This document shows positions 19,961-28,191 of a DNA stretch of 32,000 nt, piece by piece; position 1 is the first letter of the stretch; each line of letters opens with the position of its first letter. A model generated the notes under the pieces. That model saw only the letters and a program-made list of their open reading frames with translations, did no database searches and was not told the DNA's origin. This DNA comes from Pseudomonas aeruginosa. GTDB taxonomy: Bacteria; Pseudomonadota; Gammaproteobacteria; Pseudomonadales; Pseudomonadaceae. A program made the translations under genes and the position numbers. The stretch is from assembly GCF_001457615.1 (NCBI RefSeq), contig NZ_LN831024.1, forward strand, positions 4,710,001 to 4,742,000, given 5' to 3'.

Positions 19961-20314
19961 ATGGCTGACCTCACCACCACCGCCACGGCCGGCGCCATCA
20001 TGGGCCTCGGCCTGGGCGTAACCCTTCCGGTTGACGGCGGCATGCTGTTCGGCGCACTGCTCGGCGCCTGGCTGGCCACCGGCACGAAGCAGGACCTGAA
20101 GGCCTGGTCGCGCCTGCTGTCGCTGATCCTGCCGACCTGCGTCGGCTACCTGTTCGCCGATGTCGCCCTCGCCCGCGTGCCCTGGCTGACCAACCTGGCC
20201 TTCTCTGCCTTCGTCTGCGCCCTGGTGGTCATTCCTCTCAGCCTCAAGGCGGTCGCCTGGGTCGACAAGGTCGACTTCGACGACCTCTGGCGCCGCATCC
20301 GAGGAGGTCGCTGA
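19961..20314 (+). CDS. Putative holin (three hydrophobic helices)
   Basis: 117 aa with three hydrophobic segments and a charged C-terminus (DDLWRRIRGGR). It is the first gene of the lysis cassette. Confidence 0.65.
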   Translation: MADLTTTATAGAIMGLGLGVTLPVDGGMLFGALLGAWLATGTKQDLKAWSRLLSLILPTCVGYLFADVALARVPWLTNLAFSAFVCALVVIPLSLKAVAWVDKVDFDDLWRRIRGGR

Positions 20315-20315
20315 C

Positions 20316-20588
20316 ATGCTCATGACTACCGTTCCATTGATCGCCGCCCTGGCCTACATCGCCGCCGCGCTGCGCCTGGTCTGCTACCAGCGCTGCGGCG
20401 CTCGCTTCCGCCGCAGCGTCTCGTTGCTCGCCAGCCTGCTCGGCGCATCCATGGCCATCTGCGGCCTGGAAATCCTGCTCTACCGCCCACCGGTCAGCAT
20501 CTGGCACGCCATCGTCGCCGCCCTGCTGTGCCTGCTGATCTTCCGTTCCCGCGGCAACGTCGCCGCCCTGCTGAGGCCATCCGCATGA
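20316..20588 (+). CDS. Small membrane lysis-accessory protein (holin/antiholin, LysA-like position)
   Basis: 90 aa with three hydrophobic helices. It lies between the holin and the endolysin and overlaps the endolysin start. Confidence 0.55.
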   Translation: MLMTTVPLIAALAYIAAALRLVCYQRCGARFRRSVSLLASLLGASMAICGLEILLYRPPVSIWHAIVAALLCLLIFRSRGNVAALLRPSA

Positions 20589-21391
20589 CCCTTCGATATG
20601 GTGACCGTTCTCAAGAGGTCCTCCAGCTTCAGCGTCGACTGAACACCTGGGCCGGCGCCAATCTCTACGAGGACGGCCACTTCGGCGCCGCCACCGAGGA
20701 CGCGGTGCGTGCCTTCCAGCGTTCGCATGGACTGGTCGCCGATGGCATCGCTGGCCCGAAGACACTGTCCGCCCTCGGCGGCGCTGACTGCTCGCACCTG
20801 CTGCAGAACGCCGACCTCGTCGCCGCCGGAGCTCGCCTCGGCCTGCCGCTGGCGACGATCTATGCGGTCAATCAGGTCGAGTCGAACGGGCAGGGGTTCC
20901 TGGGCAACGGCAAGCCGGCAATCCTGTTCGAACGCCACATCATGTACCGCCGTCTCGCCGCCCACGATCAGGTCACCGCCGACCAGTTGGCCGCACAGTT
21001 CCCCGCGCTGGTGAATCCTCGCCCAGGCGGCTATGCCGGTGGAACAGCCGAGCACCAGCGCCTGGCGAACGCGCGCCAGATCGACGATACCGCCGCACTG
21101 GAGTCGGCCAGTTGGGGGGCCTTCCAGATCATGGGGTTCCACTGGCAACGCCTGGGCTACATCAGCGTGCAGGCCTTCGCCGAGTCCATGGGGCGCAGCG
21201 AGTCGGCCCAGTTCGAAGCGTTCGTCCGCTTCATCGACACCGACCCGGCGCTACACAAGGCGCTGAAGGCTCGCAAATGGGCCGACTTCGCCCGCCTCTA
21301 CAACGGCCCCGACTACAAGCGGAACCTCTACGACACCAAGCTCGCGCGGGCCTACGAGCAACACGCCAACTGCGCCGAGGCCAGCGCGTGA
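20585..21391 (+). CDS. Endolysin: peptidoglycan-binding domain + N-acetylmuramidase (DUF3380-type) domain
   Basis: ATG at 20585. GDRSQEVLQLQRRLN...DGHFGAATEDAVRAFQRSHGLVADGIAGPKT is a PG_binding_1 domain. The C-terminal ...SWGAFQIMGFHW...YNGP.YKRN is the muramidase family. Confidence 0.85.
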   Translation: MTLRYGDRSQEVLQLQRRLNTWAGANLYEDGHFGAATEDAVRAFQRSHGLVADGIAGPKTLSALGGADCSHLLQNADLVAAGARLGLPLATIYAVNQVESNGQGFLGNGKPAILFERHIMYRRLAAHDQVTADQLAAQFPALVNPRPGGYAGGTAEHQRLANARQIDDTAALESASWGAFQIMGFHWQRLGYISVQAFAESMGRSESAQFEAFVRFIDTDPALHKALKARKWADFARLYNGPDYKRNLYDTKLARAYEQHANCAEASA

Positions 21392-21849
21392 GCCTTCTGC
21401 GCCAGGTGCTGTACAGCGCCGCCCTGCTCGGTGCCCTCGGCTTGCTCCTGTGGGTACAGCAGCAGCGCATCGACCTGGCGCAGGCCCGCCTGGCCCAGGC
21501 CGAGTTGGCGAGGAAAGCCAGCGACGCCCAGCTTTCCCGCCAGGCCGGCACCATCACGGCCCTCGAGGCCGCCCTTTCCCGCGAGCGCCAGGCCCAGGCC
21601 GACCTGGACCAACAGCGGCAGCAGCTGCGCCAGGCGCTGGCCATCCGCGAACGCTTGATCGAGGACCTGAAACGTGACGATGAACCCTATCGCCAGTGGG
21701 CTGACCAGCCTCTGCCTGATGCTGCTCGTCGGCTGCAACAGCGCCCCGCTATCACCGGAGCGGCCGCTTATCATCAGTGGCTGTCCCGCCGTGACGCCCT
21801 GCAGCCTGGAGTCAGCGGCACCGAAGGACAACGGCGGCCTACAGACTGA
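21388..21849 (+). CDS. i-spanin (Rz/LysB-like)
   Basis: The GTG at 21388 overlaps the endolysin stop. It has an N-terminal TM helix (LYSAALLGALGLLLWV) followed by a coiled-coil rich in Q, A, R and L. Confidence 0.7.
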   Translation: MSLLRQVLYSAALLGALGLLLWVQQQRIDLAQARLAQAELARKASDAQLSRQAGTITALEAALSRERQAQADLDQQRQQLRQALAIRERLIEDLKRDDEPYRQWADQPLPDAARRLQQRPAITGAAAYHQWLSRRDALQPGVSGTEGQRRPTD

Positions 21850-21946
21850 AGTCGAGCGTATCGGCCTGGCCTGGGCCGAGTGCGCCGCGAAGGTCGACAT
21901 GATCATCCGCACCCAAGGGGCTGCTACCCATGAACAAGCCCGATAG
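21674..21946 (+). CDS. o-spanin lipoprotein (Rz1/LysC-like), overlapping Rz in another frame
   Basis: MTMNPIASGLTSLCLMLLVGC is a lipobox signal. The gene starts inside Rz and runs past its stop into the gpR start. Confidence 0.7.
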   Translation: MTMNPIASGLTSLCLMLLVGCNSAPLSPERPLIISGCPAVTPCSLESAAPKDNGGLQTEVERIGLAWAECAAKVDMIIRTQGAATHEQAR

Positions 21947-22466
21947 TCTGAAGGCACATCTGCTCGCCGCCGTGCCGGAACTCAGGAACAACGGCGACCG
22001 CCTGGTGATATTCATCGACAACGGCCGGGTCCGCAGCACCTCGGCCGAGAGCCTGTCCTTCGAATACGCCTATGACCTGCAGGTGATCCTCACCGACTTC
22101 GCCGGGCACCCCGACAGCGTGTTTCTGCCGCTGCTCGGCTGGCTGCTGGTGAACCAGTCGGATCTGCTGGCCAACCTCACCAAGGTGCAGGACGGCATCA
22201 CCTTCGAGGCCGACATGCTCGACCGCAGCAAGGTCGACCTCGGTATCGTCCTGCCACTGACCGAGCGTGTCGTCGTCAAGCGTCGCGAGGATGGCCGCTA
22301 CGATGTGAGTCACCCGGAAGAGCCCCAGCTCACCGAGGCCATCGAGGTCGATGGGCCGATGCAGATGCTCGCCAACGGCGAGCTGCTGGCCGAGTGGACG
22401 CCGCCGACGCCTACCGAGGCCGTCATGCTCGAGACGCCGCAGATCAGGCGCCCGGCCAATGGCTGA
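21930..22466 (+). CDS. Tail completion protein (P2 gpR family)
   Basis: MNKPDSLKAHLLAAVPELRNNGDRLVIFIDNG...SLSFEYAYDLQVILTDFAG is collinear with P2 gpR. Confidence 0.88.
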   Translation: MNKPDSLKAHLLAAVPELRNNGDRLVIFIDNGRVRSTSAESLSFEYAYDLQVILTDFAGHPDSVFLPLLGWLLVNQSDLLANLTKVQDGITFEADMLDRSKVDLGIVLPLTERVVVKRREDGRYDVSHPEEPQLTEAIEVDGPMQMLANGELLAEWTPPTPTEAVMLETPQIRRPANG

Positions 22467-22917
22467 CAGCCTCCAGGTTCTGGAAGACTGGGCAGGGCCG
22501 ATTCTCCGCGCCCTCGAGCCAGGCCCTCGTGCTGCCCTCGCGCGTTCGCTCGCCCGCGATCTACGGCGCAGCCAGCAGAAGCGCGTAATGGCACAGCGCA
22601 ACCCCGACGGAAGCGCCTACGAGCCACGCAAGAAGCGCGAACTGCGCGGCAAACAAGGCCGTATTCGGCGCAAGATCAAGATGTTCCAGAAGCTGCGCAC
22701 GGTGCGCTATCTGCGCGCCAAGGGCGACGCCCAGGCGATTACGGTTTCCTTCGCTGGTCGGATCGCACGCATCGCGCGGGTTCACCAGTACGGGCTGAGG
22801 GACCGTGCTGAGCCTGGCGCTCCTGAAGTCCAATATGCGCAGCGCTCCCTTCTAGGGTTCACCGCCGCGGATCTAGACAGCATCCGCAGCGGTGTCCTAA
22901 AGCATCTCCCCCCCTGA
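22459..22917 (+). CDS. Virion morphogenesis / tail completion protein (P2 gpS family)
   Basis: Internal ATG at 22459 of track ORF 22351..22917, overlapping the gpR stop. Position and size match gpS. Confidence 0.8.
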   Translation: MADSLQVLEDWAGPILRALEPGPRAALARSLARDLRRSQQKRVMAQRNPDGSAYEPRKKRELRGKQGRIRRKIKMFQKLRTVRYLRAKGDAQAITVSFAGRIARIARVHQYGLRDRAEPGAPEVQYAQRSLLGFTAADLDSIRSGVLKHLPP

Positions 22918-22926
22918 CATCCAACA

Positions 22927-23355
22927 TCAATCCCACTGCCGATGGCGCTCGGCAAATTTCAGTACGTGTTCGTTGTAAGGCTTCCGCTTGAAGCGAGTAC
23001 GGTGAATGTACTGGCGGCCAGTCTCGCGACTCACAGCCATGGAGCTGATCTCATACTCCCCCTGTCCTTGCTCCCTGAGGTTCAGGAAGGTGTCACTCGA
23101 AACGACATCCAACGGCGCTTGGTTATCGTCAACAACCACAAGCAGCTCGCGCTCATCAGTCGGAGTGATGCCATGGGTGATCTTGTAAACAAAGAGCTCC
23201 CAGGACGCTTCCGGCATTTCGCGCTGGCCGGACTCCCAGAGTTCCCAGGTGCGTTTGGAGACATGTACCAGCTGCGCAGCTTCCGCTGTGCTAGCTCCGA
23301 GAACTGATCGCGCTTTACGCGCTAACTCTCCCCTTTTCGCAGAATCGCTGTTCAT
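22927..23355 (-). CDS. Reverse-oriented cargo gene: XRE/YdiL-like HTH N-domain + unknown C-domain (142 aa)
   Basis: ATG at 23355, with AGGAGG 6 nt upstream. The HTH region is STAEAAQLVHVSKRTWELWESGQREMPEASWELF. I recognise no family for the C-terminal ~80 aa. G+C looks lower by eye. It is inserted between the gpS and gpV late operons. Confidence 0.7.
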   Translation of the reverse strand: MNSDSAKRGELARKARSVLGASTAEAAQLVHVSKRTWELWESGQREMPEASWELFVYKITHGITPTDERELLVVVDDNQAPLDVVSSDTFLNLREQGQGEYEISSMAVSRETGRQYIHRTRFKRKPYNEHVLKFAERHRQWD

Positions 23356-23457
23356 AAAAGCCCTCCTGGGCATCATTGAATAACCGCTCAAAACAAGCGG
23401 ACAGAGAAAAAAATACGCCATAACCCCAATGCTGCGCAAGAGCGAATTCTTGTGAAT

Positions 23458-23487
23458 ATATAACCTTTGTACGCAAGGCTCGTACAA
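23458..23487 (-). promoter_or_regulatory. Candidate sigma-70 promoter for the reverse-oriented cargo gene
   Basis: On the minus strand, TTGTAC (23487-23482), then 18 nt, then TTATAT (23463-23458). The -35 lies inside the 23467-23487 dyad. Confidence 0.35.
23467..23487. promoter_or_regulatory. Late-promoter dyad TTGTAC-N9-GTACAA upstream of gpV
   Basis: Perfect inverted arms. Same architecture as the dyads at 16470 and 28633. Its centre is 56 bp upstream of the gpV ATG. Confidence 0.5.
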
Positions 23488-23532
23488 GCCCCGCTGCCCG
23501 CATCCTTTCCCATAACAGCACATGCTTAGCGC

Positions 23533-24105
23533 ATGGCTGACTTTGCGACCCTCTCCCGCATGATCGAGAACCTGATCCGCCTCGGCACCATCGCCGCGGT
23601 GGACCATGCCGCGCAGCGCGTCCGTGTGTTGACTGGTGACCTACTGACCGGCTGGCTGCCCTGGGCATCGCCGCGGGCCGGCGCCGACCGCGAATGGAAC
23701 GCCCCCACCCTGAACGAGCAAGTACTGCTCTTCAGCCCATCCGGGCAGACCGCCAATGGCGTGGTCCTGACCGGCTTGTTCAGTGACCTGATCCCGCCCA
23801 ACGGCGACCGCGACGCCCTGCATCGCACCACCTACCGCGACGGCGCGGTTATCGAGTACGACAGCGCAGCCCACCACCTGCGCGCAGTTCTTCCCGCCGG
23901 CGGTACCACCGAGCTCATCAGCGACGGCGGCATCCGCATCGTCGGCGACATCACCCACCAGGGCGACTACATCCAGACCGGCAACCAGACCGTCACCGGC
24001 AAGGTCACCGTGAGCGTCGACGTGATCGCCAAGGGCATCAGCCTGGTCGGTCATACCCACGGCGGCGTCATGCCGGGCGGCGCTACGACGGGGAAACCGC
24101 AATGA
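23533..24105 (+). CDS. Baseplate assembly protein / spike (P2 gpV family)
   Basis: MADFATLSRMIENLIRLGTIAAVD...RVRV..G.L.T.WLPW is the gpV signature. The C-terminal ...GHTHGGV motif is present. Confidence 0.9.
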   Translation: MADFATLSRMIENLIRLGTIAAVDHAAQRVRVLTGDLLTGWLPWASPRAGADREWNAPTLNEQVLLFSPSGQTANGVVLTGLFSDLIPPNGDRDALHRTTYRDGAVIEYDSAAHHLRAVLPAGGTTELISDGGIRIVGDITHQGDYIQTGNQTVTGKVTVSVDVIAKGISLVGHTHGGVMPGGATTGKPQ

Positions 24106-24446
24106 ACGCCCACACCGGCGGCGCCATCGACCGCTTGGCACACATCCGCCAGTCGATCGCCGACATCCTCACCACTCGCATTGGTAGCCGCGTCATGCGG
24201 CGCGAATACGGCAGCCAGTTGCCGGAGCTGATCGATGCTCCGTTCAACGACACCACCCGCCTGCAGGTCTATGCCGCCACCGCCATGGCCCTCATGCGCT
24301 GGGAGCCGCGCATCCGCCTGAGCCGTGTCCAGATCACCGGCCAGAACCTGGCCGGCCAGGTGCTCATGGAGATTAACGCCACCCTGGTGGACAGCAACGA
24401 ACCGCACAACCTGAGCATCCCCCTGCAGATGGGCGCCAGCGCATGA
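24102..24446 (+). CDS. Baseplate protein (P2 gpW / GPW_gp25 family)
   Basis: ATGA overlap with gpV. SIADILTTRIGSRVMRREYGSQLPELID is the gp25-like motif. Confidence 0.9.
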   Translation: MNAHTGGAIDRLAHIRQSIADILTTRIGSRVMRREYGSQLPELIDAPFNDTTRLQVYAATAMALMRWEPRIRLSRVQITGQNLAGQVLMEINATLVDSNEPHNLSIPLQMGASA

Positions 24447-25357
24447 CAACGAACTTCGTCGCCATCGACCTCAGCCAGTTGCCACCACCACACGCGGTGG
24501 AGCAGCTGGACTACGAGCAGATACTCGCCGAGCGCAAGGCCTACGCCATCAGCCTCTGGCCGGAGGATCAGCAGGCGGAAATCTCCGCCCGCCTCGCCCT
24601 GGAGTCCGAACCGCTGACCAAGCTGCTCGAGGAAAACGCATACCGCGAAATGCTCTGGCGCCAGCGGGTCAACGAGGCGGCTCTCGCCAACATGCTGGCC
24701 AGCGCCCAGGGCGCCGACCTCGACCAGCTCGCCGCGAACTACAACGTCAAGCGCCTGGTCATCCAGCCCGGAGATCCGTCGAAGGTGCCGCCCGTACCGG
24801 AACTGCTCGAGTCCGACGACAGCCTGCGCGAGCGGGCGCAGATGGCCTGGGAAGGCCTCAGCACCGCGGGACCGCGTAACAGCTACATCTTCCACGCCCG
24901 CGCCGCCGACGGTCGCGTCGGCGATGCCTCAGCCGTCAGCCCATCACCTGCCGTTGTCGTGGTGACGGTGCAGGCCGCCCAGGGCAACGGCAGCGCCCCG
25001 GCGGACCTGCTGGCCATCGTCGACGCCTACCTCAACGATGCCGACCGTCGCCCCGTCGCTGATCGCCTGACAGTCCAGTCCGCCCAAGTGCTCGAGTACC
25101 GTGTCGACGCGACGCTCTACCTGGCCACCATCGGCCCGGAATCCGAGCCGATACTCGATGCCGCCCGGGCCCGTTTGACGGCATACGTCCATCAGCGTCG
25201 ACGCCTGGGCATGGAGGTGTCCGAGTCGGCGGTGCATGCGGCCTTGCACGTAGAAGGCGTGCGCAAAGTCACGCTCAGCAACTGGTCGGACATCGCCGCT
25301 ACACCGGCCCAGGCGCCCTACTGCACCGGAATTACGCTGACGCTGGGGGATGAGTGA
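24443..25357 (+). CDS. Baseplate wedge protein (P2 gpJ family)
   Basis: ATGA overlap with gpW, 304 aa, and gpJ-like sequence and position. Confidence 0.88.
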   Translation: MTTNFVAIDLSQLPPPHAVEQLDYEQILAERKAYAISLWPEDQQAEISARLALESEPLTKLLEENAYREMLWRQRVNEAALANMLASAQGADLDQLAANYNVKRLVIQPGDPSKVPPVPELLESDDSLRERAQMAWEGLSTAGPRNSYIFHARAADGRVGDASAVSPSPAVVVVTVQAAQGNGSAPADLLAIVDAYLNDADRRPVADRLTVQSAQVLEYRVDATLYLATIGPESEPILDAARARLTAYVHQRRRLGMEVSESAVHAALHVEGVRKVTLSNWSDIAATPAQAPYCTGITLTLGDE

Positions 25358-25893
25358 TGCCCAGCTTGCTCCCACGCAACGCCACCGAGCTGGAGCGCCT
25401 GGCCGCCGAAGCCCTGGCGCAGATCGAGCGGGTACCGATCCCATTGCGCCAACTGTGGAACCCCAGCACCTGCCCGGTCGCCCTTCTGCCGTACCTGGCC
25501 TGGGCGTTCTCCGTCGATCGCTGGGACAGCACCTGGCCGGAGCGTGTGAAGCGCCAGGTCATTCGGGATGCCTACCTCGTCCACTCCCACAAGGGAACCT
25601 TGAGCGCCCTGCGCCGCGTGGTCGAACCCGTCGGCTCGCTGACCGACATCCTCGAGTGGTGGCAACAGACCCCCGCCGGCGTCCCCGGCACCTTCGAAAT
25701 CACCGTCGACGTCAGCGACAACGGTCTCGACGAGGAGACCGTGCTCGAGCTCGAGCGCCTGCTCGACGACGTGCGCCCAGTCAGCCGACACCTGACCCGC
25801 CTGGACCTGCGCATCACGCCGGACATCCTGGCCCGCCACGGCCTGGCGACGATCGACGGCGACACCCTGGAAATCAGCCCCTGGAAGCAGTGA
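25357..25893 (+). CDS. Baseplate/tail protein (P2 gpI family)
   Basis: The ATG at 25357 overlaps the gpJ stop; a GTG at 25354 is the alternative. LWNPSTCPVALLPYLAWAFSVDRWD is collinear with P2 gpI. Confidence 0.88.
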   Translation: MPSLLPRNATELERLAAEALAQIERVPIPLRQLWNPSTCPVALLPYLAWAFSVDRWDSTWPERVKRQVIRDAYLVHSHKGTLSALRRVVEPVGSLTDILEWWQQTPAGVPGTFEITVDVSDNGLDEETVLELERLLDDVRPVSRHLTRLDLRITPDILARHGLATIDGDTLEISPWKQ

Positions 25894-25894
25894 T

Positions 25895-28183
25895 ATGACG
25901 ACTCCCAAGTACGGCGGCCTGCTCACCGACATCGGCGCGGCAGCGCTGATCGCGGCGAGCGAAGCCGGGAAGAAGTGGCAGCCCACCCATATGCTCATCG
26001 GTGACGCCGGCGGCGCGCCCGGCGAGACGGCTGACCCCATCCCCTCGGCCGCTCAGACCAAGCTGATCCGCCAGCGCTACCGCGCTCAACTGAACCGTCT
26101 GTTCGTCTCCGAGCAAAGCGCAAACGTGCTGGTCGCCGAGCTGGTACTGCCGATGGCCATCGGCGGCTTCTGGATACGGGAGATCGGCCTCGAGGACGCC
26201 GATGGGAAGTTCGTGGCGGTCGCCAACTGCCCGCCCAGCTTCAAGGCCAGCGTCGAGAGCGGGAGCGCGCGCACCCAAACCATCCGCGTGCAGATCATCC
26301 TATCCGGCATGGAGCACGTCGAACTGATCATCGACGACGGCATCGTCTACGCCACCCAGGACTGGGTGACGGCGAAGGTTGCCGCGGACTTCAAGGGACG
26401 CAAGGTGCTGGCCGGCAACGGCCTGGTCGGCGGTGGCGATCTGTCTGCAGATCGCACCATCGCCTTGCCAGCCTCCGGCGTGGGTGCCGGCACCTACCGC
26501 GCGGTCACCGTCAACGCCAACGGTATCGTCACCGCCGGCAACAACCCGACCACGCTGGGCGGCTACGGCATCACTGACGCACTGCATGCCAGCGAGGCGG
26601 TCACCACCCCGACGGCGAACAAGCTGCTCAGGCTGAACGCGGCCGGACTACTACCGGCCTCGATTACGGGCAACGCAGCCACTGCCAGCCGGCTTGCAGC
26701 GCCCATCACGCTCAGCGCGAGCGGCGATGCAACGTGGTCAGCTCGGTTCGATGGGGCCACAAACGTCAACGGAGTCCTGACGCTGGCCAACTCCGGCGTC
26801 ACCGCCGGGACCTACGCGAAAGTCACGGTGAACGCCAAAGGACTGGTTACCGGAGCCAGTGGGCTTGTAGCGAGTGATATTCCGGCCCTTGATGCAGGAA
26901 AAATCACCTCCGGCATCTTACCTGCTGCCAGAGGCGGTACCGGCAATGGTATTGGTCAGGCTGCAACGGCGGTCAAACTCGCCGCCCCTCGCACGATCTA
27001 CCTCGGTGGGGACGCCAGCGGCTCGACAACGTTCGACGGTAGCTCAAACGCTGGAATCACGGTCACGCTGGCGAACTCGGGCGTAAATGCCGGCTCCTAC
27101 CCCAAAGTCACCGTTAACGCCAAGGGGCTGGTTACGGCTGGCGGTGGCCTGACGGCAGCAGACATTCCTGCGTTGGATGCTTCGAAGATTGCTACCGGCC
27201 GACTCGATCTTGAACGCTTGCCGTTGGTGTCGCAGGGACTGGCCACGGCTGTGCATACCAGCGTTGATCCCAACTCGGTAGTCATTCCGCTGGTACTGAC
27301 CAATCACGCGAATGGCCCAGTGGCTGGCCGCTACTACTACATCCAGACGATGTTCTATCCGACCGTCGAAGGCAACGCGACGCAGATTGCAACCGGCTAT
27401 GCCGGCGTGGCTGACATGTACGTTCGTTATGCCTACGCTTCCCCCGCAACGACCGATTCGTCCAAGCGGGAGTGGTCAGCCTGGGTCCGCTGCGATCTGG
27501 GCGGTGCCTTCGCACACGCGCCCGATGGTGAGCTGGGTGGCTATGTCAATCTGGACTCGATGATTGCTTCGGGCTGGTGGCATCAACCGTTCACCGCAAA
27601 CGCCAAGAACGGGGAGAACTATCCCGTAGGCGAAGCAGGTTTATTGACGGTTCATGCTCCAACCGCCTCGATGATCTATCAGACCTATCGTGGCTACGCC
27701 GCCGGCGGTCTGTACTGGCGCTGCCGCTACAACGGAACATGGTCAGCTTGGTATCGTGCATGGGACTCCGGCAACTTCAACCCGGCCAACTATGTGGCCA
27801 AGTCGGAATACTCCTGGGCGTCCTTGCCTGGGAAACCATCGAATTTCCCACCCAGCGCGCACGTTCACTCTGCAGCGAGCAGGGGCGTGAGCGGCTGGTA
27901 CAAGAACAACGATACGGGGGTGATATTTCAGTGGGTGAACCTGTCTATCGGTGACCACCCTGGGGGAGTTATCGATCGGGTCGTGACGTTCCCCATTGCC
28001 TTCCCGAATGCCTGTCTACATGTCGTTCCAACTGTTAGAGAAAACGGCCGTCCTGCCATTCCCGCCTCAACTGTAACGGTTGCAGAAAAAGCCAGAACGG
28101 CGACCAACTGCACCATCGTTTCAAGTGAGTACATCGGGAATGTGCAGAACTTCGGCATCAATGTTTTCGCAATTGGCTATTGA
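25895..28183 (+). CDS. Tail fibre protein (P2 gpH / R-pyocin fibre family), mosaic
   Basis: The N-terminus MTTPKYGGLLTDIGAAAL...KWQPTHMLIGDAGG matches P2 gpH and R-pyocin fibre N-domains. It has three SGV.AG.Y..VTVNA.G.VT fibre repeats. The C-terminus is knob/lectin-like with different codon usage. Confidence 0.9.
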   Translation: MTTPKYGGLLTDIGAAALIAASEAGKKWQPTHMLIGDAGGAPGETADPIPSAAQTKLIRQRYRAQLNRLFVSEQSANVLVAELVLPMAIGGFWIREIGLEDADGKFVAVANCPPSFKASVESGSARTQTIRVQIILSGMEHVELIIDDGIVYATQDWVTAKVAADFKGRKVLAGNGLVGGGDLSADRTIALPASGVGAGTYRAVTVNANGIVTAGNNPTTLGGYGITDALHASEAVTTPTANKLLRLNAAGLLPASITGNAATASRLAAPITLSASGDATWSARFDGATNVNGVLTLANSGVTAGTYAKVTVNAKGLVTGASGLVASDIPALDAGKITSGILPAARGGTGNGIGQAATAVKLAAPRTIYLGGDASGSTTFDGSSNAGITVTLANSGVNAGSYPKVTVNAKGLVTAGGGLTAADIPALDASKIATGRLDLERLPLVSQGLATAVHTSVDPNSVVIPLVLTNHANGPVAGRYYYIQTMFYPTVEGNATQIATGYAGVADMYVRYAYASPATTDSSKREWSAWVRCDLGGAFAHAPDGELGGYVNLDSMIASGWWHQPFTANAKNGENYPVGEAGLLTVHAPTASMIYQTYRGYAAGGLYWRCRYNGTWSAWYRAWDSGNFNPANYVAKSEYSWASLPGKPSNFPPSAHVHSAASRGVSGWYKNNDTGVIFQWVNLSIGDHPGGVIDRVVTFPIAFPNACLHVVPTVRENGRPAIPASTVTVAEKARTATNCTIVSSEYIGNVQNFGINVFAIGY

Positions 28184-28191
28184 GGTGGAAT

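Noticed and set aside
23467-23487. The palindrome TTGTACG-N7-CGTACAA as a private operator of the HTH cargo protein.
   Set aside because: The same dyad architecture occurs upstream of gpO/gpP and of the sheath operon. It is therefore more simply explained as the late-activator site. I keep cargo-protein binding only as a secondary possibility.
22927-23607. The full 226-aa version of the minus-strand ORF, including the hydrophobic MAYFFLCPLVLSGY extension.
   Set aside because: The upstream part overlaps the gpV start and promoter region and has no RBS. The ATG at 23355 has a perfect AGGAGG at ideal spacing. The upstream stretch contains the putative promoter and UTR hairpin.
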